Shown: piece after piece, positions 7,399 to 17,150 of the stretch | Layout of the letters: each line of letters opens with the position of its first letter | Numbering within the stretch: the first letter of the stretch is position 1 | Assembly (NCBI GenBank): GCA_006218035.1 | Contig: VBWC01000010.1 | Coordinates: forward strand, 203,572 to 267,571 | Length of the DNA: 64,000 nt | Origin: Gammaproteobacteria bacterium | GTDB lineage: Bacteria; Pseudomonadota; Gammaproteobacteria; VBWC01 | Direction of reading: 5' to 3' | Position numbers and translations under genes: made by a program | The notes under the pieces: generated by a model | Database searches by the model: none | Told to the model about the DNA's origin: nothing | Seen by the model: the letters and a program-made list of their open reading frames with translations, nothing else

Positions 7399-10300
7399 CT
7401 ATTTCTTCGCCGCAACCTTCTGTGAGCGGCGCAAACGCGACAGCAACCGTCGGGCCATTTCGCCGAAGAGTTCGGTCTGGGTCGGGTGCGGGTGAATGGC
7501 GTGGGCGACCTGGTCGAGCGTCAGTTGGCCCGCAACCATCATGACGGCCTCGCCGATCAGCGTGTCGGCATGGTCGGTGAGGAAATGCACGCCGATGATG
7601 CGGCGGCTGGCCTTGTCGGCGACGAGTTTGATCATGCCGAGCGTTTCTCCGGTGATCATGGCCTTGGCGTCGATGCTCATCGGCATTTTCACTTCGACGG
7701 CGTCGATGTTTTTTGCCTTGGCCTGTTCCACCGACAGGCCGACGAATGCGGCCTGCGGACGCGTGAAGATCACGCCACAATCCTTGTCCTGGTCGTAGCG
7801 CGCGGACTCGCCGCTGATCGTCGCCGCGGCGACGCGGCCCTGCGTGGCGGCGGTATGCGCGAGCATGTAGCCACCGATGACATCGCCGACCGCGAAGATG
7901 TGCGGCACGTTGGTGCGGCACGACGCGTCGGCCTTGATCAGGCCCTTTTCGCTTTGCACGCCGGCGACGTCGAGGTTCAGCGGATCGAGCACCGGGCGCT
8001 TGCCGGTCGCCATGATCACGTAATCACACGCAAGCTTCTTCGCGCGGCCGCCGGCGGGTTTGTAAGTAAGCTCCATCTTGCCCGGCTTGCCGCTGATCTT
8101 CTCGACCTTCGCGGAGGTGTGCACGGTCAGACGCTTGTCGTCGTTGAGTATCTTGGCAAGGTTGGTGGCGATCTCCGGTTCGACCTCGGCGAGCAACCGA
8201 TCCTGCACTTCTATCAATGTGACCTGCGCGCCGAAGTCCTGGAATATCTGCGCCATCTCGACACCGATCGCGCCTCCGCCGACAACGGCGAGTTTTTTCG
8301 GTGCCTTGCTCAGGAACCAGACCGTATCGGATGTCAGCACGCCGCCGGACGCGAGCCCTTCTTTCGCACCGGATACCGGCGGCACGAACGGCGGTGCACC
8401 GGTGGCAATCACGGCCGCGCCGAAGGTGATGCGTTGCCCCTTGTTGCCGTTACCTTGCGGCGCGCGCGCGTGCGGGTCTTTGCGGTTGCCGGAGGTGTCG
8501 ACGAACACGGTGTGGTCGTTTTCAAACCGTGCAAAGCCCTGGATGACTTTGATCTTGACGCCGGTGTCGGTCTTCAGCGCCATGTCGCCGCGCGTTTCGA
8601 GCACGCCACGGCGGGTTTTTTCGAGCACTTTCCAGTCGAGCTTTGCAACGTTGGTGCCTTTCACGCCGAGGCGCGCGTCGTGCGCGCGATCGCGCATGCG
8701 ATCGGCCGCGGCGCGCCACGCCTTGGACGGAATGCAGCCGCGCCACAGACATTCGCCGCCGGGGAACGACGAGTCGTTGATCATCGCGACCTTGAGGCCG
8801 TGCTCGACGAGTTCGCGGGCGCAGTCTTCGCCGCCGGGGCCGCCACCGATGACGACGACGTCATAGTCCCACTTGCCGGCCGGTATCGCCGGACCGCTTG
8901 GGCCCATCCAGCCGTCCGGCTGTTCGATGTACTGCTTGAGTGTGTTCAGATACATGGCCACATCCGCTCCGTTAACGACGCGGTGATCCGCGGTGATCGT
9001 GAGCGGCATGCCCCGCTCGTCGGCTGAAGAGATCGCGAGTATCGCGGCCGTGCCCGGCGTTGGAATTGCATCGAAGTACGTCACACCGAGCATGCCCATG
9101 TTCGATACCATGAACGTCGGATTTTGAAATTCGGCCGGCTTCAGGCGGCGCTTGCGCGCGCGCGGGACGAGGTCACTCCAGTCCGTGTTCAGTTCCTTGA
9201 GCGTGCGCGATTCACAGTTACGCAGTATCGGCACCACCAGGCCGCCATCGTCGGCGGCGACAGCGACGCCGATATCGACGTTGGCGCGCTCGACAAGTTT
9301 GTCGACCGGCTGGTAGGCCCAGTTCATGTTCGGGTGTTTTTGCATGGCCAGCGCGCAGGCTTTGGCGATCGCGACCGAGACCGAGATGCCGGCCTTCTTC
9401 GCCGCGCTGATCAGTGCCGTGGGTTGCGCGTTCAGACTGACGCGGAACGTCGGCATGCTTAGCGCGCCGCTCATGGCCTGCGCAATGTTGCGCTCAAGCG
9501 AGGTCATCGGCCGGCCGGCACCGGGCACTTCAACGACCGGGAACGCCGCGCCCGCCGGCGCGGCCGGCGCAGTGCGTTGCACGTCGGTACCGACGATCAC
9601 GTTGCGCGGGCCGCTGCCGGCCAGCATGTTGAGATCGACGCCCGTCTGGCCGGCGAGTTTGCGCGCGTACGGTGTCGCGAGCTTGCTCTTCGGGCGCGGC
9701 GCGGGACGCGTGCCGGCTGTAGTCGCCGATGATGACGGCGCGGCGGTCTTCTTTTTCTTCTGCGGCTCTGCGGCCACAGCGGCGACGGGCGCCATCGCGC
9801 CGCTCTGCACCTGCGCCTTGGCCTCGACCAGATAACCCATCGCCGCGCCGACCGGAATCACGCTGTCGGCCTCGGCCAGCGGGCCGGACAGAAAACCCTC
9901 GCGAAACACCTCGACGTCCATGATCGCCTTGTCGGTCTCGACGCTGGCGACGATGTCGCCGCGTTCGATCTTGTCGCCAACCTGCTTCTGCCATTCAACG
10001 ACAACACCTTCGGTCATCGTGTCCGACAGCTGCGGCATTTTGATTATGTGGGTGACGCCTGCGGGTTCGGCGGATGCCTGCGGTGCGGCGCTGGCCGGTG
10101 CGACGGCGGGTGCTTCGGATGCTTCTTCATCGCCGGACGCCACCAGCGCCTCGCCGGCTTCCGCGACAACCTCGTTCGCGCTGGCGACCAGATAGGCTAG
10201 CGCGCCACCAACCTGCACGACGCTGTCGACGGCCGCGCGCGGACCAGACAGCCAGCCCTCGCGGAACACCTCGACATCCATGATGGCCTTGTCGGTCTCG

Positions 10301-10422
10301 ACGGTCGCGACGATGTCGCCGCGCTCGATCCTGTCGCCGATGTTCTTCTCCCAGCTCACGACCACACCTTCGGTCATCGTGTCGGAGAGCTGCGGCATTT
10401 TGATGGTGTAGGGTTGAGACAT
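7399..10422 (-). CDS. pdhC: Pyruvate dehydrogenase E2-E3 fusion: two lipoyl domains, E3-binding domain, acetyltransferase core and dihydrolipoamide dehydrogenase
   Basis: Two ETDKA lipoyl motifs; ATPYARKLA binding domain; DHRVVNG catalytic motif; then GGGPGG FAD site, GGECLWRGCIPSK disulfide, GGGAIG and HPHPTQTE, all in one frame. Confidence 0.93.
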   Translation of the reverse strand: MSQPYTIKMPQLSDTMTEGVVVSWEKNIGDRIERGDIVATVETDKAIMDVEVFREGWLSGPRAAVDSVVQVGGALAYLVASANEVVAEAGEALVASGDEEASEAPAVAPASAAPQASAEPAGVTHIIKMPQLSDTMTEGVVVEWQKQVGDKIERGDIVASVETDKAIMDVEVFREGFLSGPLAEADSVIPVGAAMGYLVEAKAQVQSGAMAPVAAVAAEPQKKKKTAAPSSSATTAGTRPAPRPKSKLATPYARKLAGQTGVDLNMLAGSGPRNVIVGTDVQRTAPAAPAGAAFPVVEVPGAGRPMTSLERNIAQAMSGALSMPTFRVSLNAQPTALISAAKKAGISVSVAIAKACALAMQKHPNMNWAYQPVDKLVERANVDIGVAVAADDGGLVVPILRNCESRTLKELNTDWSDLVPRARKRRLKPAEFQNPTFMVSNMGMLGVTYFDAIPTPGTAAILAISSADERGMPLTITADHRVVNGADVAMYLNTLKQYIEQPDGWMGPSGPAIPAGKWDYDVVVIGGGPGGEDCARELVEHGLKVAMINDSSFPGGECLWRGCIPSKAWRAAADRMRDRAHDARLGVKGTNVAKLDWKVLEKTRRGVLETRGDMALKTDTGVKIKVIQGFARFENDHTVFVDTSGNRKDPHARAPQGNGNKGQRITFGAAVIATGAPPFVPPVSGAKEGLASGGVLTSDTVWFLSKAPKKLAVVGGGAIGVEMAQIFQDFGAQVTLIEVQDRLLAEVEPEIATNLAKILNDDKRLTVHTSAKVEKISGKPGKMELTYKPAGGRAKKLACDYVIMATGKRPVLDPLNLDVAGVQSEKGLIKADASCRTNVPHIFAVGDVIGGYMLAHTAATQGRVAAATISGESARYDQDKDCGVIFTRPQAAFVGLSVEQAKAKNIDAVEVKMPMSIDAKAMITGETLGMIKLVADKASRRIIGVHFLTDHADTLIGEAVMMVAGQLTLDQVAHAIHPHPTQTELFGEMARRLLSRLRRSQKVAAKK

Positions 10423-10459
10423 CGGGTCAGCTAGTTATCTTTTTAGTTCTGCCGTTGCT

Positions 10460-10827
10460 AGTCGTGCCTGCACAAGCAGGAATCCAGTGTTTTGATGGGT
10501 TGCGCCTGCGGCTGCACCCATCCTACGCGTGTTCCCCCTCTCCCTTAGGGATTTATACCCTGGGGGTAGAGGGTCGGGGTGACGGAACAAACTTCTAGTT
10601 AACTCCCTCATCCTCGGCAACTGCTCCTGCGTTGCTCTCGGTCGTTGCTCCCGGCACGACTCTACCTCGCCCATCCATGGGCTCGTACCTCCTGCATCCA
10701 TGCAGTCGTGTCCTTCTCCCCAAAGGAGAAGGGACGCTTTCGAATTATTCACCAATACCAAATTCAGACTGGTTGCGCCCCACCCTGTCTTTCCCCCTCT
10801 CCCACAGGGAGAGGGCGGGGTGAGGGG
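10460..10827. repeat. REP cluster between pdhB and pdhC with triple-nested insertions
   Basis: GTAG-REP at 10494-10526 (minus); CCCCTCTCCC REP with 17-bp insert at 10552-10568; REP 10605-10733 contains element A (10615-10709), which contains element B (10639-10686); intact REP at 10793-10827. Confidence 0.85.
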
Positions 10828-10867
10828 ATCACTATTCAGCCGGCGGTTACTACCGTCACTAATACCT

Positions 10868-11848
10868 TTACTTCCCCATCATCGCCCGCACCGCCTTCAC
10901 GACATCCTTGGCATGCGGGATCGTGGCTTTTTCGAGGGCGTGGTTGTAGGGGATCGGGATATTGACGGCGGAGACGCGTTTCGGCGCGGCATCGAGTTCG
11001 AAGAAACATTCTTCGTTGATAATCGCCATGACCTCGGCGCCTACACCGACGGCCGGTTCGGCCTCTTCGACGATCACCGCGCGATGCGTCTTCGACACCG
11101 ACTTTTTTATGCCGGCGCGATCCAGCGGGCTTAAGCAGTACAGGTCCACAACTTCGCAATTGATGCCGTGCTTGTCGGCCAGCAGCTTCGCCGCCTCCAG
11201 ACACCAGTGCACCGAGATGTTGTAACCGAACAGTGTCACATCCTTGCCCTCGCGCGCGACCTCCGAGCCTACCAGCGGATGGAAGAATTCGGCGTCGGGC
11301 ACCTCGCCCTTCATGTTGTACATCAGCTCGTGTTCATAGATGAACACCGGGTCGTTGCAGCGCACGGCCGACTTCAGCATGCCATAGGCCTGGCGCGGGT
11401 TCGACGGCGTGACGACGCGCAGACCGGCAATGCCCATGAAGACCTTTTCCATGCGCGCCGAATGCTGCGCGCCCAGCTGATGCGCGGTGCCGCCCGGCGA
11501 GCGGATCACGACCGGCGCCGTCAGCTGGCCGCCGGACATGTAACGCACCTTGACCGCGGAATTGGCAATCTGGTCCAGCGCCAGCCACGCGAAGTTGACG
11601 GACATGATCTCGATAATCGGCCGCACGCCGAGAAACGACGCGCCGATACCGAGGCCGGTGTAGCCATTCTCTGAAATCGGCGTATCGATAATTCTTTCAG
11701 GGCCGTATTTGTCGTACAGGCCTTGCGTCGCCTTGTAGGTACCACCGGCCACACCAATATCTTCACCCATCGCGATCACCAGCGGATCGTTCGCCATCTC
11801 TTCATCGTGGGCACGGCGGATCGCCTCCCAGAAGCGTATCTCGGCCAT
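10868..11848 (-). CDS. pdhB: Pyruvate dehydrogenase E1 beta subunit
   Basis: MGEDIG..GG, DTPISE, RPIIEIM, GAQHS motifs; ATG overlaps the pdhA stop. Confidence 0.95.
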   Translation of the reverse strand: MAEIRFWEAIRRAHDEEMANDPLVIAMGEDIGVAGGTYKATQGLYDKYGPERIIDTPISENGYTGLGIGASFLGVRPIIEIMSVNFAWLALDQIANSAVKVRYMSGGQLTAPVVIRSPGGTAHQLGAQHSARMEKVFMGIAGLRVVTPSNPRQAYGMLKSAVRCNDPVFIYEHELMYNMKGEVPDAEFFHPLVGSEVAREGKDVTLFGYNISVHWCLEAAKLLADKHGINCEVVDLYCLSPLDRAGIKKSVSKTHRAVIVEEAEPAVGVGAEVMAIINEECFFELDAAPKRVSAVNIPIPYNHALEKATIPHAKDVVKAVRAMMGK

Positions 11849-12852
11849 CAGCTCGCCCCTCCCTGTGCACCGCCCGTTACCCAGGGATCGTTCTCGGCGA
11901 ACAGATACTTCTCCAGTTCGGCAACGTCCGGTTCCGGCGACTGTTCGGCGAACGGCACGATTTGGTTGTCTATTTCATCGAGTATTTCTTTGTCCATCGC
12001 CTTGAACTCGGCCATCGTCAGCACCTTGGCCTTGATCAAACGCTCGCGCAGGATATTGATCGGGTCGCGCTCGATCCATTCCTTCTCTTCGTCCTTGGAG
12101 CGGTAGGTGTTGGAATCGGACATCGAGTGGCCGCGATAGCGGTAGGTCATCAGCTCGAGAAAATACGGTCCCTTGCCGGAACGGACATGATCGACCGCTT
12201 TCTGCGCGGCCTTGTAGACGATCTCGATGTCCTGGCCGTCGACCTGTTCGGACGGAATGTTGTAACCGGCGACGCGCTTGTATTGATCCAGCACCGCCGT
12301 CGAACGGTCGATGCGCGTGCCGATGCCGTACAGGTTGTTTTCGCAGACATAGAGCACCGGCAATTTCCAGACCGATGCCATGTTCAGCGCCTCATGAAAG
12401 CTGCCCTGGTTGTTGGCGGCATCGCCGAGAAAGCAGATCGCGATCTCTTCTCCGCCCTTCAGCTTGATGGCCTTGGCCATGCCGGCCGCCAGCGGAAACG
12501 GCCCGCCGACCAGCGCATAGCCGCCCATGAAGCGGTGCTCGACATCAAATATATGCATGGAGCCGCCACGGCCCTTGCAGGTGCCGGTTTCTTTGCCGTA
12601 TAGCTCGGCCATGACCGCCTTGGGGTCGGCGCCGCTCAGCATGGCGTGGACGTGATCCCGGTAGCCGGTAATCACATAATCGAATCCCGGCTTTGCCGCC
12701 GCCATCACGCCATGGGCGCAGGCTTCCTGACCCGGATACAGGTGCAGGAATCCGCCGATTTTGCGCTCGACATAGCCTACGTAACAGTGCTCCTCGAAAC
12801 GCCGGGAAAACAGCATGTCGCGGAGCAGCCGTTTCTTATCAGTGTTATTCAT
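11848..12852 (-). CDS. pdhA: Pyruvate dehydrogenase E1 alpha subunit
   Basis: IGGFLHLYPGQEA, GRGGSMH, TPP motif GDAA...ENN, YRYRGHSMSD. Confidence 0.95.
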   Translation of the reverse strand: MNNTDKKRLLRDMLFSRRFEEHCYVGYVERKIGGFLHLYPGQEACAHGVMAAAKPGFDYVITGYRDHVHAMLSGADPKAVMAELYGKETGTCKGRGGSMHIFDVEHRFMGGYALVGGPFPLAAGMAKAIKLKGGEEIAICFLGDAANNQGSFHEALNMASVWKLPVLYVCENNLYGIGTRIDRSTAVLDQYKRVAGYNIPSEQVDGQDIEIVYKAAQKAVDHVRSGKGPYFLELMTYRYRGHSMSDSNTYRSKDEEKEWIERDPINILRERLIKAKVLTMAEFKAMDKEILDEIDNQIVPFAEQSPEPDVAELEKYLFAENDPWVTGGAQGGAS

Positions 12853-12944
12853 GAGACGGCTTACCTTGGATACAAGAAATCGCGTGAGCGCGATATGATC
12901 TGTGTTTTAATGGCCTTGGTCAAGGCGAACCCGGCATATTCTAA

Positions 12945-14474
12945 ATGAAAATCAAGGTAAAACAGAACCTGAACGCGCCGGCCGAAAAGGCCGTTGATTC
13001 TATTGACGCGTTGATCGTGGTATTGCCGTGTAGCGACGCCAAACCGGCCTGGCCGGTGTTTGCGTACCGAAACATCATTAAGAAGCGTTTTGAGCGCCTC
13101 GGTGACCGGGCGGGTACGACGGAGCCGTTCGTGACGGAGCTGCCGAACGGTACCGGTACCCGGGTGGCGTGCATCTGGCTGGCAGCGGACAGCAGCGCGT
13201 TCCAACGGCTGACACTGGCACGCAAGGCGGTTGCGGCGCTGCTCGGCGCTGACCCCGCCAATATAGATGTGCTGTTCGCCGGGCTGGAATCCGCCGACAC
13301 CGAACACGCGGCGCAGGCGCTGGTGGCGGCGCTACTCGCCGCATCGGCCGAGCTGCCGCAATTCAAAAGCAAGCAACCGAAACCGAAGCGCCTGGCCACG
13401 GTCGCACTGCACGGTGTGAGCAAACAAATCGATCTTGCCCGTACCCTGGCCGAGGCGGCCGGTAATAATCTTGCGCGCGAGCTGACGATACTGCCGTCGA
13501 ACGAGCTGACGCCGGCGATGTATCGCAAACGTATTGCGACACTCGCCCGGCAACACGGCTGGCGCATGCAGTTTCTCGATACCGCCGCATTAAAGCGCAA
13601 AAAGGCCGGCGCATTTCTCGCCGTTGCGCAGGGCAGCGCCGAGGCGGATGCCGGCATCGTGCATCTGCAATACCGGCCGCGCCATGCCAAACGAAAACTG
13701 GCGTTGGTTGGCAAGGGCATTTGTTACGACACCGGCGGGGTCAACGTGAAACCGGCGAAGTTCATGTACGGCATGCACGAAGACATGGCCGGCAGCGCAG
13801 TTGCGCTCGGTACGCTGCTGGCGCTTACCGGGATCAAGGCCGACATCGCCGTCGACTGCTGGCTCGCGCTGGCGCAGAACCACGTCGGCCCCAAGGCCTA
13901 CAAGCCAAACGACATCGTGACGGCGAGTAACGGCACGACGATTGAAGTGGTGCATACCGATGCCGAGGGCCGCATGGTGCTGGCCGATACGCTGGCGATC
14001 GCCTCACAAGCCAAACCGGACCTGATCATCGATTACGCAACGCTGACCGGTTCCTGCGTACATGCGCTGGGCACCGCCTACAGCGGCGCGTTTACCAATC
14101 GCGACGAGATGCTTGTCGACGTGATTGCCGCCGGGCGCGACAGCGGCGAGCGCGTCTGGCCGTTTCCGACCGATGCCGATTACGACAAGGCACTGGACAG
14201 CGACATCGCCGATATCAAGCAATGCGCGCTCGACGGCACGGCGGATCATATACTCGCGACGCGTTTCTTGAGCCGCTTCGTCGGCAACGATATCCCGTGG
14301 CTGCACATCGACCTGAGCGCCAGCAGTAACAAAGGCGGGCTGGCGCACGTGCCGACCGACACCACCGGCTTCGGCATCCGCTACACGCTGAACCTGCTGC
14401 TGGATAAACAGGTGATCAAACCGGCGCGCGCGATCAAAAAGACTGCGGAGCATCAAGCGCGAAAGAAGGCCTAG
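12945..14474 (+). CDS. Leucyl aminopeptidase family (peptidase M17)
   Basis: GKGICYDTGG..K, DMAG, HTDAEGRM, DYATLTG, WLHID. Confidence 0.9.
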   Translation: MKIKVKQNLNAPAEKAVDSIDALIVVLPCSDAKPAWPVFAYRNIIKKRFERLGDRAGTTEPFVTELPNGTGTRVACIWLAADSSAFQRLTLARKAVAALLGADPANIDVLFAGLESADTEHAAQALVAALLAASAELPQFKSKQPKPKRLATVALHGVSKQIDLARTLAEAAGNNLARELTILPSNELTPAMYRKRIATLARQHGWRMQFLDTAALKRKKAGAFLAVAQGSAEADAGIVHLQYRPRHAKRKLALVGKGICYDTGGVNVKPAKFMYGMHEDMAGSAVALGTLLALTGIKADIAVDCWLALAQNHVGPKAYKPNDIVTASNGTTIEVVHTDAEGRMVLADTLAIASQAKPDLIIDYATLTGSCVHALGTAYSGAFTNRDEMLVDVIAAGRDSGERVWPFPTDADYDKALDSDIADIKQCALDGTADHILATRFLSRFVGNDIPWLHIDLSASSNKGGLAHVPTDTTGFGIRYTLNLLLDKQVIKPARAIKKTAEHQARKKA

Positions 14475-14502
14475 CCCGGACGGAATGAAATGGAGTCCGG
14501 GG
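14471..14502 (+). repeat. Degenerate GTAG-type REP overlapping the aminopeptidase stop codon
   Basis: CTAGCCCGGAC-ggaatgaaatgga-GTCCGGG hairpin. Confidence 0.45.
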
Positions 14503-14838
14503 CATGAGCCCCCTGGCGACCCCGATGTAAACCACCGCACGCAGTTAACAACGCCCGCACACCTTAAGTCGTTGCGGCAAAACAAAAAACTGCGCGGACG
14601 CCGGCTTGCAAGTTACTGGGAAATCAAAACCTTCCCGGCAAAGGCCGCACAAATATCCGAAGTTCGGCGGTTCGTCATCCTCATCGGCCGTTAGCACCGG
14701 ATCGCACCTGGGGCCAACCGGTCGAGCACGCGTTTATTGACGGGAATCCGATCCGCGTTTAGATTGAAACAAGCAGTAGTAACCGTAGCCCTGAAATAAA
14801 AAATACCTACGGGGCGCCAAGGGGGAAATCTGTCAACG

Positions 14839-16026
14839 TTGCTGATCCTCGGCGGATCCATATTCCAGCTGCCGGTAATCTCGCGTGCTCTCAAACTGGG
14901 TCACCGGGTGATCACGGTGGATTATGCGCCGCATAATCCGGGGCATCGGCTCGCGCACGAGTATTATAACGTCAGCACGACAGACCACCGAGCGGTCCTC
15001 GCATTGGCCAGGAAATTGAGGATTGACGGCATTATCGCGTTTGCGTCCGATCCCGCGGCGTGGACTGCGGCGTATGTCGCCGATCAGATGGGCCTTCCCG
15101 GATGCCCTCCGGCCGCAGTCCACGTACTGACGAACAAGGCTCTCTTTCGCGCTTTCTTGCGAGATCACGGCTTTAATACGCCCAGGTTCGCCGTTGCTGC
15201 CGATCTTCCAGAGGCGTGCGAGGTGGCGCGCTCCATGGGGTTTCCGGTGATGGTCAAACCGGCCGATTCATCCGGAAGTAAAGGCGTGAGCCGTGTCGAC
15301 GATGCCGCCGGCATGGGCCAGGCTTTCCGTAACGCGCAGCATTACTCGCGCTGCGCAAGTGTGGTCGTTGAACAGTGGATAGAGCGGGACGGCACTCAGA
15401 TCGCCGGCGATGGCGTGGTTGTCGATGGAAAACTCGCCTTTTCCTGCCTCGGCGATGAGCATTTCGATAGCGAGTGTTCGGCATACGCGCCGGTCGGCGA
15501 GAGCTTCCCGGGCCACCTTGCCGCGGAACGACGGGAGATGCTGCTGGAGCGGCTGCAACAGCTCATGGCGTTACTTGGCATTGACAACCTGGTCTTCAAT
15601 CTCGATGCCATGTTCGATAACAACGGTGACCTGTGGTTGATCGAGATCGGGCCGCGCGCCGGCGGTAACTGCCTGCCGCTACTCATTCAACATCACACGG
15701 GGGTCGACATGGCGGACATCGTCATCCGGCAATCGCTCGGCGCACCGGTGACATTGCCTCTCCGCCCGGAAAAACCACCGGGATTTCACGCCTCGTGGAT
15801 GATTCATTCCAGATCGCCTGGCAAGCTGCGCGGGCTGCGAATGGCGCCACACCTGAATCCCTATACGATCGATATGCAACTGACAACGTCGACCGGCGCG
15901 GCGGTGAGCCGCTTTACATCCTCGAAAGATATATTGGGTTACGCACTATTCACTTTCCCAAGTGCCGCAGAAATGGAGGATAACCTTGCATGCATGGCCA
16001 CGTCACTGGAACCGATCGTCGCATAA
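14839..16026 (+). CDS. ATP-grasp domain ligase of polysaccharide loci (CarB-like fold)
   Basis: LILGGS, VKPADSSGSKGV, EQWI, IEIGPRAGG. Start uncertain: TTG 14839, or CTG 14830 after AAGGGGG giving MSTLLILGG. In-frame stop at 14797. Confidence 0.8.
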   Translation: MLILGGSIFQLPVISRALKLGHRVITVDYAPHNPGHRLAHEYYNVSTTDHRAVLALARKLRIDGIIAFASDPAAWTAAYVADQMGLPGCPPAAVHVLTNKALFRAFLRDHGFNTPRFAVAADLPEACEVARSMGFPVMVKPADSSGSKGVSRVDDAAGMGQAFRNAQHYSRCASVVVEQWIERDGTQIAGDGVVVDGKLAFSCLGDEHFDSECSAYAPVGESFPGHLAAERREMLLERLQQLMALLGIDNLVFNLDAMFDNNGDLWLIEIGPRAGGNCLPLLIQHHTGVDMADIVIRQSLGAPVTLPLRPEKPPGFHASWMIHSRSPGKLRGLRMAPHLNPYTIDMQLTTSTGAAVSRFTSSKDILGYALFTFPSAAEMEDNLACMATSLEPIVA

Positions 16027-17150
16027 CGACGCCATCAGCAGGCGCGTCAACGCTGATCAACTTGCCGAACCGCGATCGCTTCGAACAGCTGGCGAGGGAG
16101 ATATTTGCGTCCGGCTGGTTGACGAATAACGGGCCGATGGTGCGCGAGCTGGAGGAACGGCTCGCCGACTATCTCGGCGTCGAGTACCTGGTGCTAACCA
16201 GCAGTGGCACGCTGGCACTGCAGGTCGCCCTGCACGCGCTGGGAGTGTCAGGCTCGGTTGTCACGTCACCCTTCTCCTGGGTAACAACCGTCAGCTCACT
16301 CGCCTGGCTCGGGCTCACTCCGCTGTTCGCTGATATCGATGCCCGCACCTATAACATCGATCCGCGCAAAATCGAAGCGGCAATAACCGGGAATACGCGC
16401 GCCATTCTCGCCACCCATACCTTCGGTAACCCGTGCGATATCGAGGCGATCGATCAGATAGCCGCCCGTCGCGGACTGTTGTGCATCTACGACGCGGCAC
16501 ACGCTTTCGGCGTTGATTACCTGGACCGGAGTGTGCTTGCCTGCGGCGATGCGTCGGTACTCAGCCTGCACGCCACCAAGCTTTTTCATACCGTTGAGGG
16601 CGGTGCGGTTGTGCTGCGCGACGCGGAACACTGTCGGCGTGCCCGGTTGGCCGTCAACAATGGCCAGGCGGCCGACGGCCAGGTGCAGGCGCCGGGTATC
16701 AATGGCCGGCTGAGTGAGTTGCACGCGGCAGTGGGATTGTGCCTGCTGGACGATATCGATGCGGTGATGACGCACCGGCGTCAGAGCGCCGAAAAACTGC
16801 GGCTGCTGCTGGCATCCAGCGCAACCGGCCTGCAACAATTCAATCCACTGGCACGGGTGAATCACGCCTTTTTTCCGGTCGTATTTCCAACGCCCGAGCT
16901 GCGCGAAACTGCAATGGCTGCGTTGACCAGCGCGGGATTCATTCCCCATATCTACTTTGATCCGACGCTCAATCGACTGCCGTTCATCGGGTCCGGGCCA
17001 GCCATGCCTGTCGCAGAAGCGCTGAGCAAACGGATTCTCTGCCTGCCATTGCTCACCGCAGTGTCGCAGGAGGAATTGGCAGCCATGGCGGAAATAATTG
17101 CCGGGATCTGCCCGCTCGAAGAATATTCAGCTCGCAAGACCTGTGCATGA
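15990..17150 (+). CDS. DegT/DnrJ/EryC1/StrS PLP aminotransferase, VioA-like (NDP-4-amino-4,6-dideoxyhexose)
   Basis: WLTNNGP, THTFGNPCD, YDAAHAFG, SLHATKLFHTVEGG; start uncertain. Confidence 0.88.
   Translation: MHGHVTGTDRRITTPSAGASTLINLPNRDRFEQLAREIFASGWLTNNGPMVRELEERLADYLGVEYLVLTSSGTLALQVALHALGVSGSVVTSPFSWVTTVSSLAWLGLTPLFADIDARTYNIDPRKIEAAITGNTRAILATHTFGNPCDIEAIDQIAARRGLLCIYDAAHAFGVDYLDRSVLACGDASVLSLHATKLFHTVEGGAVVLRDAEHCRRARLAVNNGQAADGQVQAPGINGRLSELHAAVGLCLLDDIDAVMTHRRQSAEKLRLLLASSATGLQQFNPLARVNHAFFPVVFPTPELRETAMAALTSAGFIPHIYFDPTLNRLPFIGSGPAMPVAEALSKRILCLPLLTAVSQEELAAMAEIIAGICPLEEYSARKTCA

Noticed and set aside
7486..9027. Long antisense ORFs (e.g. 7486-9027, 3069-4145, 24971-26086, 21766-22704, 1723-2571)
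   Set aside because: Shadow frames of GC-rich, well-supported genes on the opposite strand.
10435..11134. ORFs such as 10435-10761, 7129-7335, 7161-7415 and 174-527 (MDAGG...RATQEQLP-type peptides)
   Set aside because: They are translations of the repeat elements, with no RBS or domain support.
14592..14610. GG-N10-GC pattern (GCGGACGCCGGCTTGCA) upstream of the glycan islet as a sigma54 promoter
   Set aside because: The -24 element deviates from TGGCAC and such spacing is frequent in GC-rich DNA.
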